A DNA stretch of 64,000 nucleotides. It comes from Perna viridis. Lineage: Eukaryota. The position numbers and the translations under genes were made by a program. The stretch spans positions 16,409,488 through 16,473,487 of the forward strand of contig CM074520.1 of assembly GCA_037379345.1 (NCBI GenBank), read 5' to 3'. This document shows positions 12,905-27,040 of this stretch, one piece after another. How positions within the stretch are numbered: the first letter of the stretch is position 1; every line of letters begins with the position of its first letter. The notes below the pieces were generated by a model, which did no database searches, was not told the origin of the DNA, and saw only the letters and a list, made by a program, of their open reading frames with translations.

Positions 12905-13554
12905 TTGAATTGAAAGGATGGATCTCTTTTGAAATGTTTGGTTGGAAGTTCTTAACAAAGGTCAGTTTTTTTGACAGTTTATGAGATTTTTTTATACTAA
13001 TTGAACTTGAATATATTTATATCTATACTTGTAACATTGGAAGATTTTTATTGCTTATGTTAGGATCAGTTTAACTCCAAATTTAAGTCCTGGTATGAAA
13101 AAGATAGCCATGTAGAAGGAAGTAACTAAATGAACTATATTATGCATTAGAAAAATAATTAATTGAATACTGATCTTTTTAAGGCATAGATTTTCACAAG
13201 GGAGATGTTGACTGCATAAAATTCCTTTCAATATATGCTGGTCAAAGTTATACATGTATACATGTACAATTCATTTTTTCGTACTGAGCTGTAATTTAAA
13301 GGTGAACTGATTTATAAGTATCAATTTTTTGTTAGATTTTTGATTTTTTAATTGTTCAATTTCAGTTGAGCATAACTACTTAAAAAAAAATTATATTAGG
13401 AAGTTTAAATCAGTGATTTGTTTAAACCCCAAAAGCTATGCAAATAGGTTCATGTGGAGTAAACTTTTTTCCACAATATTTAAAAAAAAAACATTTGTAA
13501 GAAAGCAAGAAATATTAGAAATATTATACAGAAATGTTTACCTTGGCCTTTTAA

Positions 13555-13943
13555 GTAGTACTCCAGCTAAGGATCATGCAAAATGTGATTCATGGTTAGA
13601 AAGCCTACATATTTTTATTTTTGATGTTTTGTTTAAAATGTTATAGTGAACAGAAATTAAAAAGTGGCTTCTCATAACCCTGGTGGTGGGAGATAAAAAT
13701 TATGTACAATGTACTGTAGAATTCAAAATTAAGGGAGATAACTCTGTAAATGACACTAAAATACAATAGAACCTGTTGGATTTTCAATGTTCATTATCTC
13801 CTTAGACCAGACAGCTTGAAATGAATAATTACACATTTCATTATATAAACCAGTCAAGCAACTTAATAACAAAAAAATGTGGAACCATTTTTTGGGTGTG
13901 TCACATATTACAGCATTTCAATGATTCTTACAAAGACCACTAC
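13555..13943 (-). mobile_element. ~390-bp TTAA-flanked TIR element, copy B (inverted relative to A)
   Basis: For example CAAAATTAAGGGAGATAACTCTGTAAATG here is the reverse complement of CATTTACAGAGTTATCTCCCTTAATTTTG in copy A; diverged but colinear. Confidence 0.75.
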
Positions 13944-16900
13944 TTACATTGTAAGTACAGTACGTCAGTAGTAAGTACCTTTGATGATAGGTAATGTTCT
14001 CAAAAATCAATAAATGGTCCACTGTCCAGTGGTGTTAATATTAATGTAATGGACATCCCTGCCCTAATTATAAACTAATTACCTTTGTAAATTATCCTAT
14101 TGACTGGACATACTCCATAATTACCTTAGGACAAATAGCATGTAAACTCATTACCCATGTGTATAGGGTTTCTGTAATGATGGGCCATCTGTTAACAAAC
14201 ATCATTGATTTATGATTTTTATAGCCAAAGCTCTGATTTCTGGACTATTGGTTCACCCCTAATAGCTACAAGCTGATCATTGCTGATGGTGATCATTAGC
14301 TTCCTTTATTGCCATATAGTTTTTGTCTGACAAACAGAACCCCTTTGTCTGATGTTACCTATGGCTATCCATTATTGTTTGAACTCCTCCCAAACTGTTA
14401 CGGAGGTGTGTGGTTTATACAGGACCAAACATATTGTATTTGAAGATGTCTGTTTTAGACAGGTGGTTAATTAGGATTTGGTTTAGATTAGCTAATGATA
14501 CCATTAGTAATAACTGATAAAATGGACTCTATGGAAGTCCAAGCCACTTATTGTAAATCATTTGCATTAACCTGATTCAAAGCACTTATAATCACATAGC
14601 TGAAGTAGAGATTTCTTTCAAAGTATTTAGTAAGTAGTGTTATTAGAAGTTAGGCAAATTTTATTTCAGTCAATTAAATGGGAACTTTTAATTGCTTATT
14701 GCTTATCATTTTAAACAGGAGGTCTGTTTCTTTTAATAAGTTTCATTGTAGCTTTAGAACGGGAAGTTGCAGTATCAAGTCATCTTTGTTTTGTGTCTTG
14801 CTGCTCAATAGACCAGTTTTAAATTTTGTTTCTGAAACTTTCACTCATCTGTTGAACTTCTGAAGTAAGACCTGTTATTGTCTGGTTTTGTCTGGTGTCC
14901 TTGGCTAATCACTAGCCATATTATTAACCAGGTTTAACTTAAATTGTCTGGAAACAATTTATGAAATATACATATGACAGAACAGATGGTGGGGTGATGG
15001 GTTGTCTCCCCTCTCATGAAGTTTCTTTCATGTTTCTCATGTATTTTTCATTCAGAATAAGTTCCCAGAAGTCTTCATTTACAAGTGTTATGTAATTTGT
15101 AATTAAGAACAAATGACACCCATCCCTGCAAGTGGTTTTCTCTTCAAGAAGAAGTAATTATGAATTCACGGAGTCAAAATGCATCTTCTGTTTTATTTTT
15201 CTCCACTGTTTATACCAATTTAAACGAGGACTTGTGCCCACATATTTTCTTTTCTGTGCATGGACAACTTGAGTATGCCAAATGACATGTTTTCATGAAT
15301 ATAACAAGAAACCAAAATACAGATGCATGTATATTTTTTTAAATTTTGTTACCATGGATTTGAATTTTAGATACCTTGTATTTTGTACCCACTGACAACA
15401 TAGGTTGTTTGAATAATAGGATATTGACAATTCGCAATGTTAGTGCAAATACATGGTGTATGTACCCTCAAAGTGCTTGTGTTGGTCATCATTTGTATCT
15501 TTACTACCAGAATGTCAATGTCAATTATTATGAAAATGTTTCTATAATTATGCTGGTAAACAATGAACAAGAGGAAATATTCATTGAAATACAGATACAT
15601 GTATTGTTTTTTTTTTGTTTTTTGTTTTAAAAAAAAAAAAAAATCAGCTTATTTTTATGATAACTTGTTACTTCATATTGTTGAGTTAGGTCCTTCTCAG
15701 TTTTATCTTTATTTTCATTTTAGACCTGTAAAATTATGCTTATTGAAATGTTTGCATGTCTTTCAAAATCTGATGTCAAATTATAAGTCATTGGGTACTT
15801 GGGATATGTAAAATTCAGAATTTCATGTACAGAAGTATGTTGATTTGTATCAGTATATTATTGAATAAAATCTGTCCACAAGGGGTCTTACACAGTTAAA
15901 TATGCAAATGCTTTATGAATACATTTTATGTAATAGGGTTCTACTGCTAAAAAGCTTCTTTGCCAAGCATTTATTTCTAAGGCCAAGAGACACGAGTCTT
16001 TGCAAAAGAATTGGCTTTGTTTGGCCTAATCAGAAATCAGTTAATAATAAGATGTCTATTAAAGGGTGATTTAATTTGGAGTCTTCTGTCAAATTACATT
16101 GCCTAACTTGTACTGATAATGATCAGAACATACCTATGGTAGATATGTAAACATTGGGATATTTACGTTTTTCCTAATGTGAATTTTTATGTAGTGTCAG
16201 TACATTATTAGGCCTAATTTGGTTTTAATTTGAACAAGTAGACGATAGAATTCCTATTTATTTTCGGACTACTATTTGTCTAGTTCTGTGCGTAGCAGTG
16301 TAAATTGGTGTGAATTAGGATAATTTTAAATTCAGGTCAGTACTAAAATTGTTTGAATTAAGATATATGACTCTTAAGAATTTGCACAATCATTTTCGAA
16401 GTACGGTCTTGAGTAACAGATGATATATGATGTGATCTATAATCAGATAGAAATGATACATGTATTGAAGATTTCGTTATTGGAGTCTTGAGATATAATG
16501 ATAATTTTGGTTTAAAATCATTTCATAATTGTATCTTTTTCATACTTTCATATTATGTTTTGCACATTTTTAATTGACCAAAAAAATAAAATTGTCTTGT
16601 GCAAGTGTTGATTTCAGTTATTGAATGAAAAAAATTCAGTCATTGTCCTATTTAATTTTATACATGTGCACTTAGAAATGTAAGCATATTATTACCTTAG
16701 CTATGGAGTCAAAATATTTATGCACTAAATATGGATAAAACCAAAGATACTTCGAGAAGTTACAAAGATTTTCCTTTTAAAAGATATTGGTCAAGGATAC
16801 TTACATGTACAGGTATAACAATTGATCAACCATAAATTTTTACTTTGGTTAAAGTAGAAGTTTAATGTGCCTATGTCGATCTTTCTTATGAAACAATGCT

Positions 16901-17219
16901 ATTTGCCGTATTGAAAAACAGAAGTGATTTATTTATGTATTCTGCTATTGTCAGAATAGCTGCTTTTGCTTTATCCCCCTTGACACAACAATACATAGGG
17001 ACTCTGTAATGAAGTACCTTTGTCAGTCTGTCCCAGGCACTTTTTGGGTACAACACCTAACTCTGATAGGAGATAAGACTTATGATTACATATTTAGGGT
17101 GATTTGATGTCATATAGACTTAGAATTTCAACAAGTGCAAGGGAAGCATAGATGCTTGTGGCAATCATGTTTGATGCAAACAATATTTTAGTCCTTGATC
17201 CTAGCACTATAATTTTGAT

Positions 17220-17422
17220 TACTTTGAAAGTACTATTGTTTGTGGGGTACCAAATTTTCGTGGTTTTCTTGGGTAGGCCAAACCACGAAATTTGGTTTCC
17301 AATGAAAAGAAGATTTCCATTGATGTGTATACTGAAAACCTCAAAACCACAAATTTCAAGAATCCATGAACTTGTGTTACTTCCCTAATCCACAAAAATT
17401 GGTATCCATGAATTTAAGTACC
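17220..17422. repeat. Degenerate TA-flanked MITE family with AATTTTCGTGG/CCACGAAAT subterminal motifs
   Basis: Internal inverted motifs GGTACCAAATTTTCGTGG...CCACAAAAATTGGTATCC; related decayed copies near 24711-24870, 29285-29446 (inverted) and 52863-53014. Confidence 0.6.
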
Positions 17423-17559
17423 TTGGAAAGAGTTAGGATTTAAGTTTATACACTTTTAATTATGAAAAGTGTTATAATGTAATTAAATCAGAATTATTCT
17501 TCAGCTGTCTGTACAAAAAGGTGAATGCCATTAATTTGAAAAATTGAAGCAAAAGTTGG

Positions 17560-17800
17560 GTTAGATAACGAGAATGGATGTGGTTAGTATGTCCAAGAGA
17601 CAACAACCCATCCAGGATGAAAGATGTCCACCCATGGGTCTTCAATGAATAATGAGTAAACCTTCACACCACAGGGCAGGCTGCAGCTGATCCAAAAACA
17701 ACATTAACTGAAAGTGAAAATGAAACAAGATCAAACAGAGGCCAGAAATTCCTAAGTACAGGCACTGTCACTGGGTTAAAGTACTTTTGGTTGATCACAA
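17560..17800 (+). repeat. Dispersed repeat (GAGACAAC...GGTCTTCAA...GCTGCAGCTG family)
   Basis: Colinear similarity with 39345-39710 and weaker similarity with 46150-46315. Confidence 0.6.
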
Positions 17801-19652
17801 CCCTCCCCCCTTTTTTGATGGGGGTTAACATTCTACTGTCTGTAAAGCTTTTAGTAGCCTTTTCTATAATTCAGATATGTTTTCTTTTACATATTCTCCT
17901 AGTTTCTATGAATTATGACTGGAAAATATGCTCTATAAATTGTTAGCATTTCGGTCATACATATTTTAAAATCGCACAAAGTTCAAGATTTTACAATAAT
18001 AATGTTCATGAAATATGATAAAAAAAATAGATTGTCATTAAGTAGCATAAATGGGTCTGGTAATTAATTAGCTGTTAGCTAAAGTGGTTTTCTGTTGGAT
18101 ATCATTTGATATTAACGGCAAAAAAAAAGCTGAATATGATAAATATTTCCTGCAATAATTATTTCTCAATATGTTTTAGCCCTTTTTGAAAAAAAAAAAC
18201 TTTTGTGGATGTACAATTTTCCTATAAAACAGACCAGCAGGTGTTTATTGTTTTGGAGTTTCAATATTTTGATGGTCACAAGAAATAATTGATCAAAGAT
18301 CAAATTTTCTAGACCACCTGCAGTAAAATACCTTCCTTAGGGATGCATAATGTTGTTATATAAAACATAATTTTGTCCACAGACGGCTCCATTCTTCTTA
18401 TGAACTTACATATCTTGTACCATTTATTTGTTTATTTCTCTTAATCTTCTTTCTCTGAATAGCTCAACATATTTTTTTCTTAAATCTGTAACACTGTTTA
18501 CTTAATTTTTTGTATTTTTGAACTTCCAACATTTTATGTTTTTTCTTCGTATGTTTACAATTGTGATTTTCTGATTTATTTTCTATGTCTTGCCTGTAGC
18601 AAACATACTGTACAGCAAGTAAACAAAAATTCTTTTTTCCAATTTTGATCCTATATTCAAATATATCGCTGAAGGATAAAATTTTTAAATTTTAAATTAC
18701 AACTCATATTTGAAAAGTCATTGTTCGAAAAACAATATTTTAATTTCAAATATGACTTTGCGAATAACTGTTGATGTAATTTCTCACGACTTTGGCTTAA
18801 AACCAAAAAGACTTGATGCAATGGATTTATTTAATGTATTCCATTAGTATGAAATATAGTTATTATTACCTTTGTTCTCAATATGACACAATATATTAAT
18901 TCTGCCATTATCACTTTTCTATATTTGATGAAGGCTTGTTTGTCATTGAATATGTTATAGTTGCTTGAATACTAGCCACATTAAGTGGTGAGGTATTATT
19001 TATGATAACCACTGAAAATTTGCATGTCTGATATGATATCTTAAGAACAGATAAATTTTTTTTAACAACTTTTTACAGTTGCTAAGTATGATGCAATACA
19101 GGTCTAGTCCAAGTTGTTGTTTGTGAGTAAAGCCATTTTATCTTAATGCAATCTCTGTTTTTTCACCACATGGTGGGGGTATTACTTAGTGTCCCATCTA
19201 TATCCTATTTTTATACTCAAGGTTTGTTATGCTGATGGTGATTTTAATATTTATATAATCTGAGGTAAGAGAGAGGTTTGTATATGTATGGACTTAGAAT
19301 TTCTTCCCATGTGGGATGTATAGATTGTAGCACAATAATTCACTAACTTAGAGCAATATCCAACATGCTAGAAATGGTAGCTTAGCTTATATTCTGCCAA
19401 AGTTAATCTGAACTTAAAATGTCCGACTGCAGTATATTGTATTGTATTCTTCTGTGTATTATAAAAAAAATATTTGGGGTGTGATATGCATCCCATTATT
19501 GGCAGTGTTAAATTTTGATAAAACACTGATGTGGGTATTTTATTATGAAGCAGAAAGAAAACTGATATGTCAATACCTTACTTTTTCTAATGTAAGTCTT
19601 GCAATTTTGAACGTGTTAAAACATTGTTTGCAATAAAAGCTATTTGGTCATA

Positions 19653-20126
19653 CAGTCACTGAACCTATCCGTGCATCTATTTGACGGATTGATGACCGCT
19701 GACTGATTGATCGGTGACAGATCGATAAGCAATGATCGGTGACCGATCTGATTGCAGTTGTGTCATAACAAAATGAAGGATGATTGGTTCATGTAAATTT
19801 ACGAATTTCCATTGGAACGAATTCAATATACAACTAAATTGAATTATCTTTAATTTAAGATATTAAATCCGTTGTATTTTGTTATAAATAAACCAAATGT
19901 AGAATAAAAATTATTAAATGATGTTTGAATCTATTGAATTATGTAAATATGTGTAAAATTTTACAAATGAAACAACGGAATCCGTAAAATATATTGACCG
20001 CTCTGTGCTCATGTGATGTGATCACAGGTTTAATAAATCGGTTTGTCGGATCTATGACCGATCGGAAACTGATCGGTCGTCGATGACAGATCACAATTTT
20101 AGTTGAGTGGATCGGTTCAGGTACTG
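19653..20126. mobile_element. Tc1/mariner-type MITE (474 bp, TA TSD) with GATCG-rich subterminal arrays
   Basis: TA|CAGTCACTGAACCTATCC ... GGATCGGTTCAGGTACTG|TA; CpG-rich ends around an AT-rich core. Confidence 0.8.
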
Positions 20127-23100
20127 TAATAATCAATAAACAAAAGACCCCCTGTTGTAATCTATTTTGTCAATCTGTGTTCAGTTTACTTTTCATAATG
20201 GTATGATAATAGGAAAACAATCTTCGGAGTTGTTAAATTGACAACTAGTAAGTCAATACCAAACTGTGTTAAATTTTAGTATTTTTGGACATTCAGGATC
20301 TATTAAATACACCAAGATCAGACTGTTATTGCAGGCCAATGGCTTAAAATACCAATCAGGTCTATAATGTAGCCAAAACAGGTCTTCTTAATTAAAACAC
20401 TTTGATTCAAAAGTCTTTAATCAGAATGTTTTTATTTTTGTTGGGAATGCGTCTTTATACATTTCTATTTATGAATTCAAGTCAGAATCTTAATATGGAG
20501 CAATCTTTGGTATCCATTCTTGAATGAGATTGGTAAGTTATGAAACCATATTCAGTCAATAGATGTATGAAAGATTTCATTTAATGATTAGTAGACAATT
20601 AAGATATAGACCTTGAATTTTTTTTTAAAATTGAAAATTCATGTACTTCTTTTGAAGGCCTTGTGTTCCGACATGGACCATCATTTCTTCATTTGTTGGG
20701 ACTGTATAAAAGCTGGGTAAATGATTTCAAACATTTTTTACTACAATTTATGGATAATATACCAAAAACTAGACCCTGTGTCTAGACAACTGTATTATAT
20801 TTACATGCAGATCATGGTGTTGATGATGGCAAATTAAGTTTACATGATCAATGGAACCAGTAAACTAAATTTGCTACCATCAAATCAAGATTGATCTAGA
20901 CAAATCTGAAATGAAAATTTACCTTATGGTTGAAATATTTTCGCGGTTTCAATCTGAATTTATACCTTTATAGATAGTATATTAAAATATGAAACTGTAA
21001 GTTTAATTTTTAGCATTAGAGGATGTGTCAATTATTAAATATCTATAATATGGAAATATTTGTCTCAAATACATGTATCATTGCTATAATGGGATGAAAC
21101 AAAATTAGAGTTTGTATGTAATAAATTTTTAATAAACTAAAGACAATGGCATTCAGTGAAGGAATGAAAACAGGTAAAAGGTATTTGCTCAGTCATGACA
21201 CCCAATGCAATTTGTTACACTAAAGCATAGTCCAAATGTTTGTAATGCTTGAAAATATCCGCTTTTCTCAGTGCACCTAGCAACATCTGATAGTGACATC
21301 CTAACAAAGTAACCTTTTATGTATCCTTGGATTAAGCTAGGGTATTGTAGGCAGAAAGGGGAGATAATTTGTTGGTTTATCACCAACAGCTATCTTATCT
21401 TACTGACATTTCATGACATATGGTTCTTGGCTACTCTCAACACCCTGGTGGAGATTAAAGTTTTAATCAGTCCACAAATAATAAGGCTAAAATTGGTTCT
21501 AAATGATAAAGGTTGGCCCATATTTCTGATATCTTGCCTTATAGCTTGATAAAGCTTGCTTAGGTTAGGTAGTTGTTTTGGGACTTAATTTCAAAGGACA
21601 AACTATTTTTGGTAAGGACAATGATTTTTAGGTCATTTATAACTACATGTTGTTACACAAAATGTAAACATTCACTTTTACAACCCATTGCATCAGCTAA
21701 AAGAAATGTTTTGTTCTCATATAGTTTAAAAATGTTTTCATTGCAGATGTTCCATTTTTAGTACTATTCACATCATCTATATTAACCCACTTTAGATGTG
21801 CATTCTCTTTCAGTGTTACCTATAAATTTTGAGTTATTTTTTCTTCCACATTAATATATTAGCAAAGTTAAAATTTTTGCATTTCAAGAATTTTTTCTAT
21901 ACTTGTAGAAGAAAAGTATCTACCAAAACAAATCTGTACCAATGGGTCTAAACATTCAACTATATCAGATTACCACAGACTTGAAATTGTTGATTGTTCT
22001 TGTCTTAGATTTTGGAAGTGGATTTTTCCTTTCATTTCCATATGTATCAGTCAGTATATCTTGTATTAATAAGGGGTGATCGAAATGGAGCTGGGTTATT
22101 TAGATGCTAATTATTGCTTTCAGTGTTGGGGATGTCATCATAACTCCTTGGATGATGGCCTAACTTTTTCATGACTAGTTACCTGTTGAAAAATTTCACA
22201 CCATATCTACAGAGATAGGACTGTTTTTGGATTCAGAAATCACAGGCAGGTCCAGGATTACAGGTTAAGTGAAAGGGAAGGGGAGATAAAAACAAGTACC
22301 TTTCAAGTATAGCATTATTACTTATAGGAAAATAAAGATTTCATTAAAAAATAAAACACAAACAAAAAAATACTGCTTTCTAACTTAAGTTAGGGCTTAT
22401 ATCTCAATAGGTATGAAAAGAAAACATCTTAATTTGATAGTAATTGATTAGATTCAAAATTGGAATACTTCTGTAGCTTCTTTTGCTATATCATAACTTC
22501 ATTTTTACTTAATTGAAAAGATAATTAAACCTCTATGAAAAGACTCTCACACTAATTCTAAGTAGACTGTTTTGACACATGCCAAACTTTGGTCTTAAAG
22601 AATATAAAATTCTTACCATCATACTCCATTTTAGCTTCCTTAGAATCCACAGTGAAATGAAAAGATTGAAACTAATTAATAGTGCATTAATTATTCAAAA
22701 TCTATCCAGTGAAAATTGGACTAGAAAAGTTGGATAATTAATTTGATGTTGTTACACTTTAGATTAATATCTTTGTTTGGGTATAGTTTTTCTCTATATT
22801 GGGTTCTTATTGAAAACAATCTCTTGTTTGCTTTGTTAAAAAATATAAAACAGCATAATACTATCTGACTGTTATTCAGTCAGTATTGGGTATTACATTC
22901 CCTTGTATTATTCTCTCCCTCAGACTGACATTAGATTCCCATATGATGCATTCCACAAAGGTTCAAACTTACTTAATAATGGAACGTCCAAATTTGTAGT
23001 AATTGGTCAACTTGCAGAAAAACAAAATTCCACAACAAAGTGTGAATGGGGAGTGATGAAGGCCCAGAACCTTTGTAGAAGTTATTTTAGTGGTCAGATA

Positions 23101-25462
23101 TTGAGGGTCCCAGACCTATGGCCTACACTAATTTGAACCCCTCAGTCCCTGATTCCTTATTCAGAACAAAGATGGCTATTGCTGGTTTTAATTTACCTAT
23201 TTTGTTTTTAAGACTACTTCGACATTTGATAAAACAAATAGTTCTAGTGCAAAAGAACTAGCTCTCTCTCTGTCAGTTGACAAACCTTAGTACATAGATG
23301 TTGATACTACATGTAATTCAACATTGCTTGTGTCCAAGTAGTAATGTTTTCATTTTGAATATTACAAGTAGTAATTTGCAATTTTAAATTATAAAAAAAA
23401 GTGGCAACTAGCTAATGTCATATTTTGTATGGGTGAATCTAACACAGCTGTTATTAACACTGAAAAGCTTTGAAGTAGACGGCACTTTGATCTCCTAGAA
23501 AACATAAAGGTTAAATGGGGTCAGATTTGTATAAGCTAATTACACCTGACTTTTCCAGCACAGTATGTGTTTACATTGCTCTCTAGACCAGCGATAGTAT
23601 TGTTTTGTAGGCTTTGTAAACAGTCATTGTTTTGAACACTAAACTTTTATCTTACTGATCAAGCCAGGAATGTAGGAAGTATGTTTACAGAAGTGAATGG
23701 AAAGAAAACAAAAGGTAGTTTGGTGAAGAACAGCTCTATTGAATGAATTTGTTCTTTGTAACTGTTATACTAGCCCTGACTGACATCTTAAGTCCATGAT
23801 AAAAGACTATCTTCTCTGAATCATTCTTTCTCATTCTGTCTTGCAGACATTATCGCAGTTGGTTCAGGGATGCCAATTAGCACTGGTCCAAGGACCATGA
23901 TCCTTAAGGTCTGATGCAGGACCATTGAGATTTATTATCCTAGCTCCTGGATTTATCTTATTGAGGATCTTTCCCATTCTTCTGGTGAACCCTTCATTTA
24001 TGAGACACAAATTCCAGGACCTTTTACTCTTGAAAATAAATTTTAACTCCTGTGGTTAAACTTTAGTACACATAAAATTTCCATGTAATTGGTCAATATT
24101 TTGAACTTAGAATTTTGAGTAACAGTATTGTATCTTCTTGCAATTGAATAATTATATAGAATTTTTTATGATCAGCTTTTCACCAAAAAGCCAAATGAAA
24201 TTAATTTTGCCATCAAGTACAAAGGTCAATAATACAATTCCTACCACAATGCCGCAAAGAAAGAAAAATAGAAGAATTTTTGACCATTTCAACTTCAATG
24301 TATCATTTAATCCATTAAACTGGTGCCCTGTATACTTTGATGTAAGCATCCTTATTACCAGTCCATTACCAAGATAATCAAGTCTAATCAAGATTCAATC
24401 TTATATATTATAAACCAAGGTTTATGGTGACCCTCATTAACCTGTTCCCCTGTCCAAACTTAAAGTATGATGTAGTTTTAGATAAAAAATATCTTGTCTA
24501 ATGGTAAAACATTGAAGATGGAAGATTAGATTTATGGAAGAGGATGTTCAGATTTATCATAGATAGATTGGTTTATGAGGGCTTTTAAAGATAATTCTTT
24601 GGTATATGATGTTGTCATAATCTGTGCTTTAATGGCAGCAGATGAGATGTAGAAGGTGGTAGTAGGTTGTTCCCACAGAATGGTGAACTCAATTTAGCCA
24701 TAGATATATGTACTGTAAACATATTGATTTTTGTGGATCCTGTAAAGTGGACATATTGGGGAGCTATCAATTTCCACAGTTTCAAAATTGATAAGTGTTA
24801 TATAGCATTAAAAGTCAATTTCTGGGGTACTCATTGTACAAAAATAATGAAAATAATTACTTTTATAGTAACCATACATCTGTGATGTGCAAATGTAGCT
24901 AAATTGCTGAAGATTTATGAATTAATGGATGGACAGAACTATTATTTTATTTGTGTGATATTAGGATTCATCCCTTTTAGGAATTATTGCTGTAAACTTA
25001 GGTTTCATTTAGAAAAAAGGTACAATATTGTATCTTCACAAGGCCACAGTACTGGACCATCATCTGTTTTATCCTATACCTTTCAAAACAAAGTCTAGGA
25101 CTAATTAGATTTCAGTCTGTGTGTCTGTTCTATAATTGGTTACACTCTAGTCCCATATCCAGCTTTGTATTTTTTGTTTGTTTAAGAATACCACAACCTT
25201 GTACTTAATTTACACAGGACCAAGTCCTTAAAACAGTAATCTTTACAATTTTTAAGTACCAAGAGTCTTATTTCAGTCTGACAGGAAATGAATAACAAAA
25301 TATCAAAATGTATGAAAAAGTTTTAAGACCTTTATTGCAAGACTGGTGTTTACATGCATGGCTATGAGCTATATAGAGTATAAAAAATTTAGGTCTTTTT
25401 GGTAACCAAAAAACATGGACCAATATGTGATTCTACCCTCTTTAAATTTGGGAATATAAGTA

Positions 25463-25574
25463 CAGTATCTGAACTGAACCATGCAACAAAAGTTGCAATC
25501 GGTCATCAATCACTGATCAGTTTCCGGTCAGTCATCAATCCGACAAATCATTGCTCGGATCGGTTCAAGGACTG
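25463..25574. mobile_element. 112-bp short member of the 19653-20126 MITE family, opposite orientation
   Basis: TA|CAGTATCTGAACTGAACC ... GGATCGGTTCAAGGACTG|TA; the interior matches the reverse complement of the larger copy's ends. Confidence 0.75.
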
Positions 25575-26879
25575 TATGTACATCTTGTTTGATTTAAGCA
25601 GAAGAAACTAAACAAGGAAAACTTCCCAGGACATTGTTTTTTTTTTCATATTTTAAGAGTATCTGCATGTCCATCCACTATATCTTGCTCATGACTATAT
25701 CCTCTTACATAAAGTAATACCTTCCTTATAGTAAATTTTGGCATTCATTTTTATTATTTAGTGTAGCAATAATTGTATATCTATACTACCTGTGGAAAGA
25801 CATCTGTTTGGTGCAGTGTTATAACAAATGCATAGTATTATACCCTGTCTATCTTCTAAAACACCTTCTGAATAAATGAGAATACAAATACTACGAATAT
25901 GTCCTTTTCACAGTAATCTTCAATGTAAATTCCTACGATCATTATCCATACTGTCAAATCAGGTTATGATTCTATAGCCTTTGATACCTCTGTAACAGCT
26001 ACTTTTATTGGATTATACCCATATCAGTTGTATAAATCTTAAGTAATAATCTCTAATTAAATTGTATATTTTGTAACTTAAGAAGCTTTAACTCTATTTA
26101 AGGACAGTTTATTACCAGAATTTCTGTAACTGTTAGAAGGATTTAAACCCTCTTTGATCTTCATTTGATGTGCTTGTCAATTTGAGGTAGGAAATTTCCT
26201 CCTTTGATGTACTTGTCAGACTGAGGCAAAAAATTTCCTCAAATTTTGTTTAATTTGTGAAAGAAGTTTTTATAATTTCTATGTTTCAAGTGTAAATTAG
26301 TTCTGTAATATATTTCTATTTATGGAACATTGTTGAAGATAAGACTTGGGAATGAAAGATAGTTGGCTGTATTTATTGGATTATCATAGCCAGTAGTATG
26401 TTTCTTGTTTACATTGTTTGACAGTTATCTTTTAGGATTTTTAGGGTTCCTCACTATATACTGGATGCATTCAACTCGAAACAATGCAGACTGGGGCTTC
26501 TTAGTCCCAAAACAAAGTTTAAAAATTATGTTGTATAATCACAGATAGTTTGTCATGAAGTTAAGGACCAAATATTTACAAATTAACATTTTGATATCAT
26601 TACTTATTATATAATTTTATCATGAAATCAACTGCTTAGTCCAACTTATGTGTGTAAAACATGGTGAAAAAAAAAGGAAAAATTGTAGTTTCTACCATTT
26701 CATGTGATAGATTGTGTTTTTCACAATAAAAAAGATGAGATAATTAAGAATTTGTAAATTTTGGAAGATTTTCTTTGTGGTATCAGTCTATAAGCTTGAA
26801 TTTGGATTGCCATCCCCAAATTGTGAATTTTATAGTGTCAGAAACTGAAAACAGATGTACAGGCTCACTTAGTGCTAAC

Positions 26880-27040
26880 ATGAAGGCATATATTTGATGA
26901 GATAAGATCAGATAAGGTACCCATGAAGATACCATCTAACAATTTCTATGAGCATGCTGACATTGTCAAGTGGATTTCCCTTAAAATTTACATTGTATAT
27001 CAACAAGTGACACATCACTTCAAAGGTAATAAGTGGACAG
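26880..27040 (-). pseudogene. Possible decayed reverse-transcriptase fragment (Penelope-like)
   Basis: Minus strand reads LLIYNVNFKG, then after a frameshift DGIFMGTLSDLISSNICL, resembling the RT G-x-x-M-G-[ST]...N-I motif. Confidence 0.3.
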
